The translations under genes and the position numbers were made by a program. A stretch of 64,000 bases of DNA, taken from assembly GCA_902526795.1 (NCBI GenBank), contig CABZMF010000001.1, forward strand, positions 350,622 to 414,621, in the 5' to 3' direction. The notes under the pieces were generated by a model that worked only from the letters and a program-made list of their open reading frames with translations, ran no database searches and was not told the DNA's origin. The stretch is from an uncultured Fidelibacterota bacterium. Its GTDB lineage: Bacteria; Fidelibacterota; Marinisomatia; Marinisomatales; Marinisomataceae. Shown in pieces: positions 30,719-40,734 of the stretch. Numbering within the stretch: position 1 is the first letter of the stretch; the number at the start of each line of letters is the position of its first letter.

Positions 30719-31408
30719 ATGGTAGCTGATTATTATTTTAAATCCAAATCCTTATTTTATAGTCTTATAATAACTTTTCCGCTTTTTATTTTTTATGAAA
30801 TAGGTATTTTTTACATGTTTCAAGCAAATATTCCTTATTCAAAAAATGGAGCTGATGTTCTAATTGAAGAATTCATAAACATGTTAGGTCTAAATGGATA
30901 CTATGCTGCTAGCTCCATACTTTTTATTGTATTTTTTTTAATTTTATATTTTCAAAGAAAAAATTTTAAAACGTTTAAGATTTCATCTAAATATTTATCA
31001 CTGATGATAATGGAATCATTTTTATATGCTATGTTATTAGTATTACTTCTTCAAAACATATATTTATCTCAAGGCGTAAATATGAACAATTTAAATAATT
31101 TCATTTTGTCAATTGGTGCTGGGTTGTATGAAGAATTAATATTTCGATTCTTTCTCTTATTTTTTTTATCTAAATCATTCATTTTTATATTTAAAATGAA
31201 GGAATTTTCGTCACTTTTATTATCAATTATTGCAAGCTCAGTATTATTTTCGTTATTTCATTATATTGGTCAAGAGTCATTTAACTCTTATTCATTCACT
31301 TTAAGATTTATTGCAGGAATTTATTTATCTTTGATTTACATAAATAGAGGATTTGGTATAGTTGCGTTAACTCATGCATTTTATGATTTATTTGTTATTT
31401 TTCGGTAA
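30719..31408 (+). CDS. CPBP (Rce1/Abi) family intramembrane glutamic protease
   Basis: EExxFR, FxxxH and HxxYD motifs in a polytopic membrane protein. Confidence 0.88.
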   Translation: MVADYYFKSKSLFYSLIITFPLFIFYEIGIFYMFQANIPYSKNGADVLIEEFINMLGLNGYYAASSILFIVFFLILYFQRKNFKTFKISSKYLSLMIMESFLYAMLLVLLLQNIYLSQGVNMNNLNNFILSIGAGLYEELIFRFFLLFFLSKSFIFIFKMKEFSSLLLSIIASSVLFSLFHYIGQESFNSYSFTLRFIAGIYLSLIYINRGFGIVALTHAFYDLFVIFR

Positions 31409-31417
31409 ACTTAGTCT

Positions 31418-32143
31418 ATGAAAAAAATATTTTTTTATTTAATTATTTTTAGCCATGTATTTAGTCAATCTACTATTGATACTCTTTCAGTAACAATTTA
31501 TCCTGAATTTTCATATCCAGGGGTTGCAATTGAATATAAATTTGATAAACTAGGAGATGATGAACTATCTTTTCCAATACCTTCAACCATAGATTCAGTC
31601 CTTTATACTATTACTGGTGATGGAATTGATTTTGAGCAAATTTTGAGAACTGATAAAAATTCTTTTACAGCTATAAATGAAAATGGAAATCACACAATAT
31701 ATCTTTTTCTGGATAAATTTATTAAAGATCCAGGGCCAAGAAAGTTTTCATATTCTTTTAAATCTCAAGAAAATATAAATACTGTAATTTTAGGAGTTCA
31801 AATCCCTTTTGCGTCAAAGGATTTTAATGTAAACGCAGAGGGTTTTTCATTGGAAAGAGTTAGAGATCAAAATGGTTTAACTTTTTTGCAGGGTATAGTA
31901 AGTAATTTTACTCCATCTTCTTTTTCACAAATTGATTTAAGTTATTACAATCCTCATGGAAATACTTCAATTGAATATGCAGCAAATATTAGTACTCAAG
32001 ATACAGTGGTCGAGCCAACTCCTTTTGCTAACGAGCGTTATGTGAGATATCCTTTTCTTACATGGGAGCCAATGGTAATTTTTATTTTATTATCAATTAT
32101 TTTGATTATGATTTATGAATTTAGAAGAGAGAATAATGCCTAG
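31418..32143 (+). CDS. Exported protein with C-terminal TM anchor
   Basis: Signal peptide, beta-rich body, C-terminal hydrophobic helix followed by RR. Confidence 0.7.
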   Translation: MKKIFFYLIIFSHVFSQSTIDTLSVTIYPEFSYPGVAIEYKFDKLGDDELSFPIPSTIDSVLYTITGDGIDFEQILRTDKNSFTAINENGNHTIYLFLDKFIKDPGPRKFSYSFKSQENINTVILGVQIPFASKDFNVNAEGFSLERVRDQNGLTFLQGIVSNFTPSSFSQIDLSYYNPHGNTSIEYAANISTQDTVVEPTPFANERYVRYPFLTWEPMVIFILLSIILIMIYEFRRENNA

Positions 32144-33122
32144 AATTTTAATATTTCTTTTTTTATTTATATTGTCATCTTGTGATTATAAGAGTGATTC
32201 TATTGGGGGTAACGATGATATTATTGTTCTTGCAGCAAAGGAAGATAGGGAAAAAGTTTTATCCTTATTATCTGTAGTTTTTAATGACACACTTTTAACT
32301 CCGTCACCGGAAACATTTTATAACATAAAGTTTGCTGAACCAGAAAGTTTTTCAGCGCTAAAGACTCAAACTAACCTTATAATTGCATCTATAGGAGATT
32401 ATGAACTTAATCCTGCAACAAAGTTGGCTAAGGAACTATTGGGTCAGAGAATATTTAATAATACTCTTAGCGGAGATCCTTTAATATTATCTAGAAATCA
32501 ATTTGCAAAGAACCAACTATTTATGATATTAAGTGGAAATAGCTACGATCAAATAAATGATTATCTAATCCAAAATAAAAGTTTTATAAAAGAGCAGTTT
32601 GATAACAATTTTTTTGAAAAACAGACTAAATATTTCTTGGAAAATGAAAGACAAGAAGAATTAGAAGTAAAACTTTCATCTAATTATGATTGGACAATGA
32701 AAATACCTTGGGGCTGGGAACTAATTAAAAATGAAAGTGATAAATCTTTTTTTTGGATTGGACAAGAATTACCTTTTCGGTGGATTGCTGTTCATTGGAG
32801 AAAAGGAAACTTTTTTAGCAAAGAGGATGCCTTAGAATACGCTCAAGATTTTCCTCAAAATTATTTTGAATCCATTAGGTACAATCCTGATTACCTTCAA
32901 ATAGAATTTGATGATTTTAATTCTGAATCCGCATATAGAATTTTTGGACTATGGGAATCTATAGAGGATGCAAAAGGAGGACCATTTCAAGGTTATCTGT
33001 TTTATGATTATGAAAACGATAGAACATTTTATATCAGTTACATAGTTTTCAACCCCGGAGGCAAAAAAGCATTTTATTTGAGACAGATGGAAATGATTGC
33101 AAAAACAATTAATATTAAATAA
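32136..33122 (+). CDS. DUF4837-like lipoprotein
   Basis: Lipobox LSSC; PxPExxY, GLW....GGPF, PxxxK..xRQ.E motifs. Confidence 0.7.
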   Translation: MPRILIFLFLFILSSCDYKSDSIGGNDDIIVLAAKEDREKVLSLLSVVFNDTLLTPSPETFYNIKFAEPESFSALKTQTNLIIASIGDYELNPATKLAKELLGQRIFNNTLSGDPLILSRNQFAKNQLFMILSGNSYDQINDYLIQNKSFIKEQFDNNFFEKQTKYFLENERQEELEVKLSSNYDWTMKIPWGWELIKNESDKSFFWIGQELPFRWIAVHWRKGNFFSKEDALEYAQDFPQNYFESIRYNPDYLQIEFDDFNSESAYRIFGLWESIEDAKGGPFQGYLFYDYENDRTFYISYIVFNPGGKKAFYLRQMEMIAKTINIK

Positions 33123-33832
33123 TGAAAAATCTTATAATACTTCCAACTTATAATGAATCAAAAAATATTGTTAAAACTATAGAATTAATTTTAAAACAAG
33201 ATGATAATTTGAATATTTTAGTTATTGATGATAATTCCCCAGACGGTACTGCAAGTATCGTAAAAAACCTAAAAAGTGATAAAATTTTTATTATAGAAAG
33301 GAATTCTAAAAAAGGCCTAGGATCTGCTTATGTTGAAGGATTTTCATGGTCAATAAAAAATAATTATCAAAATATTGTTCAGATGGATTCAGATTTATCA
33401 CATGATCCTAAAGAAATTTTACCTATGATAAACTTACTAAAAACTCACGACTTAGTAATTGGCAGTAGGTATAAAGGTGGCTTGAGAGTTATTAATTGGC
33501 CTGTTAGAAGATTATATATCAGTTATCTTGCTAATCTTTATGCCAGAATAATTACAGGAGTTCCTGTAAAAGATCTTACAGCAGGATTTAAGGCATGGAA
33601 GAGTGATACTTTAGAAAAAATAAATTTTGATCAATGTTCATCTCAGGGATATTGTTTTCAAATTGAAACATCGTTCAGGGCGTTTCAAAAAGGTTGTAAA
33701 TTGATTGAACATCCAATAGTTTTTACTGATAGAACTGTTGGAGAATCTAAAATGAGTAAGAATGTAATGATTGAAGCTGTATTTAAAGTATGGCTTTTCG
33801 GTTTTTGGAGACTATTTAGGTTAAAAAGATGA
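33122..33832 (+). CDS. Polyprenol monophosphomannose synthase (GT2, DPM1-like)
   Basis: PTYNE, DDNSPDGT, GLGSAY, MDSDLSH, IGSRY, GYxFQIE. Confidence 0.93.
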   Translation: MKNLIILPTYNESKNIVKTIELILKQDDNLNILVIDDNSPDGTASIVKNLKSDKIFIIERNSKKGLGSAYVEGFSWSIKNNYQNIVQMDSDLSHDPKEILPMINLLKTHDLVIGSRYKGGLRVINWPVRRLYISYLANLYARIITGVPVKDLTAGFKAWKSDTLEKINFDQCSSQGYCFQIETSFRAFQKGCKLIEHPIVFTDRTVGESKMSKNVMIEAVFKVWLFGFWRLFRLKR

Positions 33833-34773
33833 AAAGACATTACCTAACATTCGAAAAGTCATTAAAAGATTTAGACTTTGAAATTGAAAAATTAACCAAA
33901 AATGAATCCGATAATAATAAACTCAATGATTTAGTAAATGAAAGAATAAAGCTAGAAAAAGAAATTTTTTCACAACTTACCTCATGGGAAACAGTTCAAC
34001 TGGCAAGACATCCAAACAGACCATATACACTCGATTATATAAATGCTTGGTGCGATAATTTTACTGAGTTGCATGGCGATAAAGCTTTTTCAGACGATAA
34101 TGCAGTAATAGCAGGAATTGGAATTATTGACCACATGAAAGTAGCAATAATTGGTCAACAAAAAGGAAGGAATACAAAAGAAAATATTTTTAGAAATTTT
34201 GGTATGATGAAACCTGAGGGTTACAGAAAAGCGTTGAGAGTAATGAAGTTAGCAGAAAAATTCAAATTACCAATAGTTACTTTAATTGATACACCAGGCG
34301 CAGACCCTGGAATAGGAGCTGAGGAAAGAGGTCAAGGCTATGCCATTGCTAATAATCTTTTTGAAATGGCATCTATAGAAACTCAGATTTTATCAATAGT
34401 GATTGGAGAGGGTGCCAGTGGTGGAGCTTTAGGAATAGGTTTATGTGACAAAATGATCATGTTAGAGCATACATGGTTTTCTGTTATAAGCCCGGAAGGT
34501 TGTGCATCAATTTTATGGAAAGATTCATCAAAAGCTCCAGAAGCAGCTGAATCTTTAAAACTTACTCCGAAAGATTTAGTAGAGCATGATATTTGTAATA
34601 TGATAGTTTATGAACCACCAGGTGGAGCACATAGACATTTTGATGAAACTGCTGATATATTGAAAAAAACTATTTTGAGTGAAATAAAAGATTTGAAAGA
34701 AAATATAAATAATAATTTTCTTGATAACAGAGTTTTAAGATATGATAAGCTTGGGATTTTTAGAGAAGATTAA
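33829..34773 (+). CDS. accA: Acetyl-CoA carboxylase carboxyltransferase alpha
   Basis: ARHPxRP, RNFGM, GYRKALR, GEGASGGALG, SVISPEGCASILW. Confidence 0.97.
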   Translation: MKRHYLTFEKSLKDLDFEIEKLTKNESDNNKLNDLVNERIKLEKEIFSQLTSWETVQLARHPNRPYTLDYINAWCDNFTELHGDKAFSDDNAVIAGIGIIDHMKVAIIGQQKGRNTKENIFRNFGMMKPEGYRKALRVMKLAEKFKLPIVTLIDTPGADPGIGAEERGQGYAIANNLFEMASIETQILSIVIGEGASGGALGIGLCDKMIMLEHTWFSVISPEGCASILWKDSSKAPEAAESLKLTPKDLVEHDICNMIVYEPPGGAHRHFDETADILKKTILSEIKDLKENINNNFLDNRVLRYDKLGIFRED

Positions 34774-36623
34774 TAAAAATCATATCTATAGTCTTTCAAT
34801 TCAGATTCATCTCTTAAGGCTTGAAGCCAATTAGACCATAACATATTTTGTCGCTGAATTAGTAAACTAAATTTAATAGAATCTTTTTTCTCATCGAAAT
34901 CAGATGGATTTATTTCATCAATTTCAATTATTTTGATAAATGCTTGCCCCCTTAATGTCGGAAGAGGTCCAAAAATATCACCGGTTTCTGAATTTGCTAT
35001 AGCGCCAACCACATAATTACTTTTACCTATTGATTCAAAGCTTCCTATAAGGTTAGAACTAGCTTCTGCAACATATTCAAATTTAGGATTTTCTTTTGCT
35101 ACATCAGCAAAATTAAAATCGTTTTTGTTTTTTTCTTCAACTGATAGAGCTAATGATTTGATATAATTTTTTTTGAATTCAGTTAAAAATTCATTTTTTA
35201 GATCATCTTTAACATCATTGTAGGTTAAAGTAGTTTTTTCTTCAACTGAATCAAGGAAGAAAACTCCAAAAAAATTATCATTTTTGATGACATCAGACGT
35301 TGTTCCTTCCACATTATTAAAAGCAAAATTAACTGCACTTCGTCCAACACCAAAATTTTCAATAAATATTGATTCTTTTCTTACAGAATTTGAATTAAAA
35401 ACTTCAAGCTTCAACGAATCGGCAAGTGCAAAAAAACCGTATTCATTCGATTCTAGTGCAAAAATACTTGCAGTATCCTTCAATTGATTTTCTGTACCTC
35501 TGCCAGGTTGAATAGTTAAAAGGATATGAGATGCATTAACTTGTTCATTATTCTCCACAATCCTTTTTTCATTCACTTTTATTACATGAAATCCATATTC
35601 AGTCATGATTGGGCCAACAATATCACCTTCATTTGCATCAAAAGATGCAACCTCGAATTCAGGAAGTAATTGCCCTCTGTTAAACCATCCTAAATTTCCC
35701 CCTTTTAATTCTTGAGGATTTGCACGATTACTAGGATCTTCGCTATACATATTGGCTAGCTCAGCAAAATCTTCACCATCATTTATTCTAAATATTAAAT
35801 CTTCTGCTTCAAGTTTAACTCTTAGGGTATCATTTGCATCTGAAATAATTGCCCATTTTACAAATTTTAAGTTTCTTAATTCAGGTTGATTATAATCTTT
35901 AATATTTTGATTATATAAATTACTTAACTCATCTTCTGAAGGCCTATTTAATAATAATTCGTTGTAAATATTTTGATCTATTGCTTTATCTGTTATATGA
36001 AGAATTTCAATCTTATGGTTTACAAATCTTTTTTTATAATCTTCTAAAACTTCTCCAGAACTAATTGCAGCTGCATTTGTTATATATTGTTGTAATTTAT
36101 AGTTTGGTAAATAAATATTTTGCATGAAGTCTTCAATCGGCTTCCAATCTATTTGATCAGGATTCAAAACAGCATCAAGATATTTCTCTAAATCAAATCT
36201 ACCAAAAGATTGAAAAGCTTCAGAATTTTGTAAAAAAGGAGGGGGGTTATTCTTCATTTGAAAAAGTACTTCTTCGGGTCCAACAACAACTTTGTTTTTT
36301 TTAATTTGTTCTTGAATTATTAAGTCTGCTATTAATCTTTCCCAAACAACTGCTCTAATATATTCTCTCTCTTCATCTGAAACTGGACGGCCAGATTGGG
36401 CATCAGCTCTATTAATTTCGTTTGATACTAGTTGATTGAAATCTTCAAAGAGAATTGGGTTACCATTTAATGAGCCAATTTCATTACCTTGTCGTTGGCC
36501 AAAAATATCTGAAATACTAGCACCGCCAACTAGTCCACCAATAGCCATACTAGTAACAAAAAGGACCAATATAGTCCACATAACTACTTGCATTTGACTT
36601 CTCATATTTGTTATAACACCCAT
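34770..36623 (-). CDS. PpiD/SurA-like membrane-anchored peptidyl-prolyl isomerase
   Basis: N-terminal TM anchor, SurA_N-like region, parvulin motifs FxxLAxxYSED, GGxLGW, GPxxTxYGxH. Confidence 0.9.
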   Translation of the reverse strand: MGVITNMRSQMQVVMWTILVLFVTSMAIGGLVGGASISDIFGQRQGNEIGSLNGNPILFEDFNQLVSNEINRADAQSGRPVSDEEREYIRAVVWERLIADLIIQEQIKKNKVVVGPEEVLFQMKNNPPPFLQNSEAFQSFGRFDLEKYLDAVLNPDQIDWKPIEDFMQNIYLPNYKLQQYITNAAAISSGEVLEDYKKRFVNHKIEILHITDKAIDQNIYNELLLNRPSEDELSNLYNQNIKDYNQPELRNLKFVKWAIISDANDTLRVKLEAEDLIFRINDGEDFAELANMYSEDPSNRANPQELKGGNLGWFNRGQLLPEFEVASFDANEGDIVGPIMTEYGFHVIKVNEKRIVENNEQVNASHILLTIQPGRGTENQLKDTASIFALESNEYGFFALADSLKLEVFNSNSVRKESIFIENFGVGRSAVNFAFNNVEGTTSDVIKNDNFFGVFFLDSVEEKTTLTYNDVKDDLKNEFLTEFKKNYIKSLALSVEEKNKNDFNFADVAKENPKFEYVAEASSNLIGSFESIGKSNYVVGAIANSETGDIFGPLPTLRGQAFIKIIEIDEINPSDFDEKKDSIKFSLLIQRQNMLWSNWLQALRDESELKDYRYDFY

Positions 36624-36725
36624 AGACAGCAAATTTATAACAGCATCAATGTTTATGCAAACCTATTAAAAAATTGATAATACAATCTTAAAAAATGCTT
36701 TAAATTGATACGATTTCAAAAGATT

Positions 36726-38453
36726 ATGAGTGATACAATAAAAAAAATACAATCCTTTTTAAGTTTAAGAAAGCCTTCGAATAAGGATGATGAAAAATTT
36801 ATCTCTGGAATCGATTCTCCATATCAAGCTGCAAAATTACGAAGCGCCTCAAAAGACAAAACAGTTGATAATTTTCATTCTCCTGTAAGTTTTTCATGGA
36901 AATCATTTTGGAAGTCATTTATTTATGAAAATTTACCCCCAGTCATTTTTTCTCCCCTCGCGGCTATTTTTCTTGAGGGATCACTTTCCAGGGCATGGCA
37001 TGTATCTCAAAATAGACAGTTAATAGCTATATCTAGAAAACATCATTCTTTAACAACAATCCGTAATAATTGGTTAATCATTTATCCTGCATCATGGTTG
37101 ATGAATATTGGATTATTTTTAGCATTATTTTCCGACAAACAATTAATAATGAATATTGATCCTTTCCACATGATTTTGGCTTACTTACTTCTATTTTTTA
37201 GGAGATTAATTATTGCTACAAAATATGGATATTTTAGACCAGAAGACTTAGAGCGATTGTGTTTACCTGCTCCTGATTGGGACGATAATAAAACTGTTAG
37301 AAGATTAATAGCTCAAGGCTGGATGCGACCGTGGGAATTTCCTGGATTGATGGAAGATGAATTAACAATAGCAATGGATGAGAATGATATTTGTCTTCAA
37401 GGAATTCCGTTTGAACCGGGGAAAAAAACAAGAGAAAAACTAATAGATGAGTCAAATAGCGAATTATTTCCATCAACAACAAGTTCAACAAAAGAAAATG
37501 AGCTTCCATCAGGATTCATTTTATATAGTATTATTAATTCCGTTTACAGATTTCCTGCTTTACCATACATGCAACAATTGACATATTTTTGTATGTTGTT
37601 GTTGCCCACAGCAGCATTTTTATCAAAGTATATTTATGGAATAACTTTATTTGGAATTACTCCTCAGGAAAAAATTATTTCAGTTGCTACATTTTTGGGA
37701 TTTTTTAATGGTTTTCAACTTATGATGTTTGGAATGGTTTGTGCGGCTGACTATCAAAGAAGGTATGAAACATCCAAGAAATTAGGTGAATTGGTATCTT
37801 ATCCAGGACTTAAACTTTCCTCAATATTTAAAAGTTTTTATAAAAAAGATAAAGAGGACAAAATTTTTATAGATTTACAAAAAAGAGTAAATGTTTTTGC
37901 GTGGATGAATATGAGGAATGTTTTAAGATCTTTTGGAGAAACATATTATCTTAGAATTCAAGGCTACACATCTATTTTAATTTTTTATTCACTTTTATGC
38001 GTTGGAATTTTAAATCTAATTGTTTGGACTGGTATGAAGCATCATATATCAACAGTATATGTAATTGGAACAGTTATTACTGCTGTCTCAATTATATGTT
38101 TATTTGCAATTTCAAAAGCAATTCAACTTCAATCTTTAAGTGCAAAACATAGAGATTTTATTAGAAATGAGCTTTTTATAATTGAAGAGGAAATTTGGGA
38201 GTTAAAACTTGCAGGAAATGATAAAAATAAGATTACCGATCTTTCAAGTGCAAGAGCACTATTGCAGCAAGTAGATGAATCCATTAATTATAAAGAACTT
38301 GTCTACAAGCCGACAACAATTTTTGGCTACGCAGCAAATAATGGAGTAATGGGCTCTGTATTAGGTTTAGTTCTTACTGGAGTTTTGTTTGCTATTCAAG
38401 GATTTGTTTCAGTTGGAATTATTTATGATTCTATGGGATGGTTTATTCCATAA
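36726..38453 (+). CDS. Multi-pass membrane protein with candidate 7TMIC (Gr/Or/DUF3537-like) architecture
   Basis: About 8 hydrophobic segments; TM hairpin, long amphipathic helices, then PTTIFG...SVLGLVLTGVLFAIQ terminal TM; the ORF is solid but the family call is inference. Confidence 0.6.
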   Translation: MSDTIKKIQSFLSLRKPSNKDDEKFISGIDSPYQAAKLRSASKDKTVDNFHSPVSFSWKSFWKSFIYENLPPVIFSPLAAIFLEGSLSRAWHVSQNRQLIAISRKHHSLTTIRNNWLIIYPASWLMNIGLFLALFSDKQLIMNIDPFHMILAYLLLFFRRLIIATKYGYFRPEDLERLCLPAPDWDDNKTVRRLIAQGWMRPWEFPGLMEDELTIAMDENDICLQGIPFEPGKKTREKLIDESNSELFPSTTSSTKENELPSGFILYSIINSVYRFPALPYMQQLTYFCMLLLPTAAFLSKYIYGITLFGITPQEKIISVATFLGFFNGFQLMMFGMVCAADYQRRYETSKKLGELVSYPGLKLSSIFKSFYKKDKEDKIFIDLQKRVNVFAWMNMRNVLRSFGETYYLRIQGYTSILIFYSLLCVGILNLIVWTGMKHHISTVYVIGTVITAVSIICLFAISKAIQLQSLSAKHRDFIRNELFIIEEEIWELKLAGNDKNKITDLSSARALLQQVDESINYKELVYKPTTIFGYAANNGVMGSVLGLVLTGVLFAIQGFVSVGIIYDSMGWFIP

Positions 38454-38496
38454 ACTATTGGATTATTTTCACCAAAATTTTATATATTTACAAAAT

Positions 38497-40734
38497 ATGA
38501 GACATAAATATTTAATTTATACTTTAATTTTCAGTGCGATCTTTGCACAGAATGACATTTCTCTAGAAAGTGTTCTTGATGGTACATTTAGAACTGAATC
38601 AATTGGTAGATATGACTGGAAAAATAGTTCCGATGCTTATTTTTTTTCCAAAAAAGGTGATGAAGGTTTAGATTTTTATGAATACAATATTGTATTAGAT
38701 GATACTTTAAAAGCATTTTCAATAGAAGAAGATGTTATTAGCGATTTTTCATATACATTTAGTCCTGATCAAACAAAATTATTGTTAAAAAAGAATTCGG
38801 TAAGACTTTGGAGGCATTCATCATATGGTTCATACTATGTCTATGATATTAAATCAGAATCATTGACACCAGTTACAAGCGATCCAGATAGTCTAAGGAA
38901 TGTGAAATTTTCTCCAAACTCAAATACGTTAGCTTTTGTTCGAAACGATAACAATTTATATCTATTTGATTTGACAGATAGCAAGGAAGAACAACTTACT
39001 TATGACGGAAGTAAAGATATTCTCAATGGACATTTTGGCTGGGTTTATGAAGAAGAATTTGGTACTTATGATTCATATAAATGGAGTCCTAATAGTCAAT
39101 ACATAGCATTTATAAGGGAAGACCAAACCTATGTTAAGGAGTATGCTTTAGTTGATTATGAAGCACAATATCCTGTAGTTAAATATATTAGATATCCAAA
39201 AACAGGTGAAGACAATCCTATTGTTTCTATAAGTGTATTAGATCTAGAAAACAAAGAATACAGATCAGTTCATCTACCAGAAACAGCATATTATATTCCA
39301 GATATTATCTGGCAAGTAAATTCATCTAATCTTTATTTTGCAACTTTGAACAGGAAGCAAAACGATTGGAATCTATACAAATACGACTTTGATACAAATA
39401 GAGGTGATTTAATTCTTAATGATTCTAATGATTCTTGGATTGATCGAGATCCTTTCACTGTTCCAGGAGAAATAGGAACTTGGACTACTAAAGGTGGATT
39501 TAGTTTTGCCATTTTGGAAAATGGAGAGATACTTTGGCTATCTGAAAAAGATGGATTTAATCATATTTACAGAAATAGACCTGATGGAAGACCTATTAAT
39601 CAAGTAACAAGAGGAAATTGGGAGGTTAATAACATAAGTGCAATTGATACTGAGAATGAAATTATTTATTTCTCAGGCAAAAAAGAGACAGAAACTGAAA
39701 ATCATCTTTACTCTATTAAATTCAATGGTTCAAGACTTAAAAGACTTACGAAAGAGAAAGGTTCACACTCATCATCTTTTTCTCCAACATTAAATTATTT
39801 TATTAATTCTTATTCAAGTTTTACAGTTCCACCCAAGACTTTCTTAAGACGAGATAGCGGAAAGATTGTAAGAGTTCTTTCAGAAACAGATAGATCCCAA
39901 TTTGATGCATATGGTTTAACTTATCCACAATTAATAAATATTTTTTCAGATAATGGTACAAGACTTAATGCTTTAATTACTTACCCTCATAACTTTGATC
40001 CAATGAAACAGTATCCTGTTATTTTATATAATTACGGTGGCCCAGGTTCTCAACTAGTTCTAAATAGATGGGGTTCAGGAAGTCATATTTTCCACCAATT
40101 TTTTGCGAGTAGAGACTTTATCATTTTTTCATTTGATAATAGAGGTACCGGAGGAAGAGGTAAGGCATTCAAAGATTTAGCTTATGGAGATTATGGAAAA
40201 TATCTTATTAAAGACCACATTGCTGCTGCAAAATATTTGCAAGGATTAACTTATGTTGATGCTGAAAATATTGGAATCTGGGGATGGAGTGGAGGTGGTT
40301 ATCTAACGAACATGTGCATGACACTTGCTAGCGACTATTACAAAGCTGGTATTTCTATTGCTCCAAACGTTGAACCATTACTATATGATACCATCTGGAC
40401 AGAAAGATATATGGGTTTGGTTGAAGAAAATCCTGAAGGTTATAAAAATGCTTCTGTTATTACTCATGTTGAAAAAGCTAAAGGACACTTATTACAAATT
40501 CATGGTAATGCGGATGATAATGTTCACCATCAACATTCAATAAAGCTAGCTAAAGCTTACGCCGAACATGGAAAAGACATGGAGATGTTCATTTACTCCA
40601 ATGCAAACCATGGAATGTATAATAATAACTTTTTAAGTCTAGAGAACCCTGCCGATGGTTGGAAAAATAGATATCATCTTTATAAAAAGATGACGGATTT
40701 CTTTTTGAAGCATTTAGTTTCAGATAGTTTTTAA
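38497..40734 (+). CDS. Dipeptidyl peptidase IV (S9B), exported; start at MRHKY
   Basis: GWVYEEE, YPKxG, YGGPG, GWSGGG nucleophile, DDNV, NHG. Confidence 0.95.
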   Translation: MRHKYLIYTLIFSAIFAQNDISLESVLDGTFRTESIGRYDWKNSSDAYFFSKKGDEGLDFYEYNIVLDDTLKAFSIEEDVISDFSYTFSPDQTKLLLKKNSVRLWRHSSYGSYYVYDIKSESLTPVTSDPDSLRNVKFSPNSNTLAFVRNDNNLYLFDLTDSKEEQLTYDGSKDILNGHFGWVYEEEFGTYDSYKWSPNSQYIAFIREDQTYVKEYALVDYEAQYPVVKYIRYPKTGEDNPIVSISVLDLENKEYRSVHLPETAYYIPDIIWQVNSSNLYFATLNRKQNDWNLYKYDFDTNRGDLILNDSNDSWIDRDPFTVPGEIGTWTTKGGFSFAILENGEILWLSEKDGFNHIYRNRPDGRPINQVTRGNWEVNNISAIDTENEIIYFSGKKETETENHLYSIKFNGSRLKRLTKEKGSHSSSFSPTLNYFINSYSSFTVPPKTFLRRDSGKIVRVLSETDRSQFDAYGLTYPQLINIFSDNGTRLNALITYPHNFDPMKQYPVILYNYGGPGSQLVLNRWGSGSHIFHQFFASRDFIIFSFDNRGTGGRGKAFKDLAYGDYGKYLIKDHIAAAKYLQGLTYVDAENIGIWGWSGGGYLTNMCMTLASDYYKAGISIAPNVEPLLYDTIWTERYMGLVEENPEGYKNASVITHVEKAKGHLLQIHGNADDNVHHQHSIKLAKAYAEHGKDMEMFIYSNANHGMYNNNFLSLENPADGWKNRYHLYKKMTDFFLKHLVSDSF

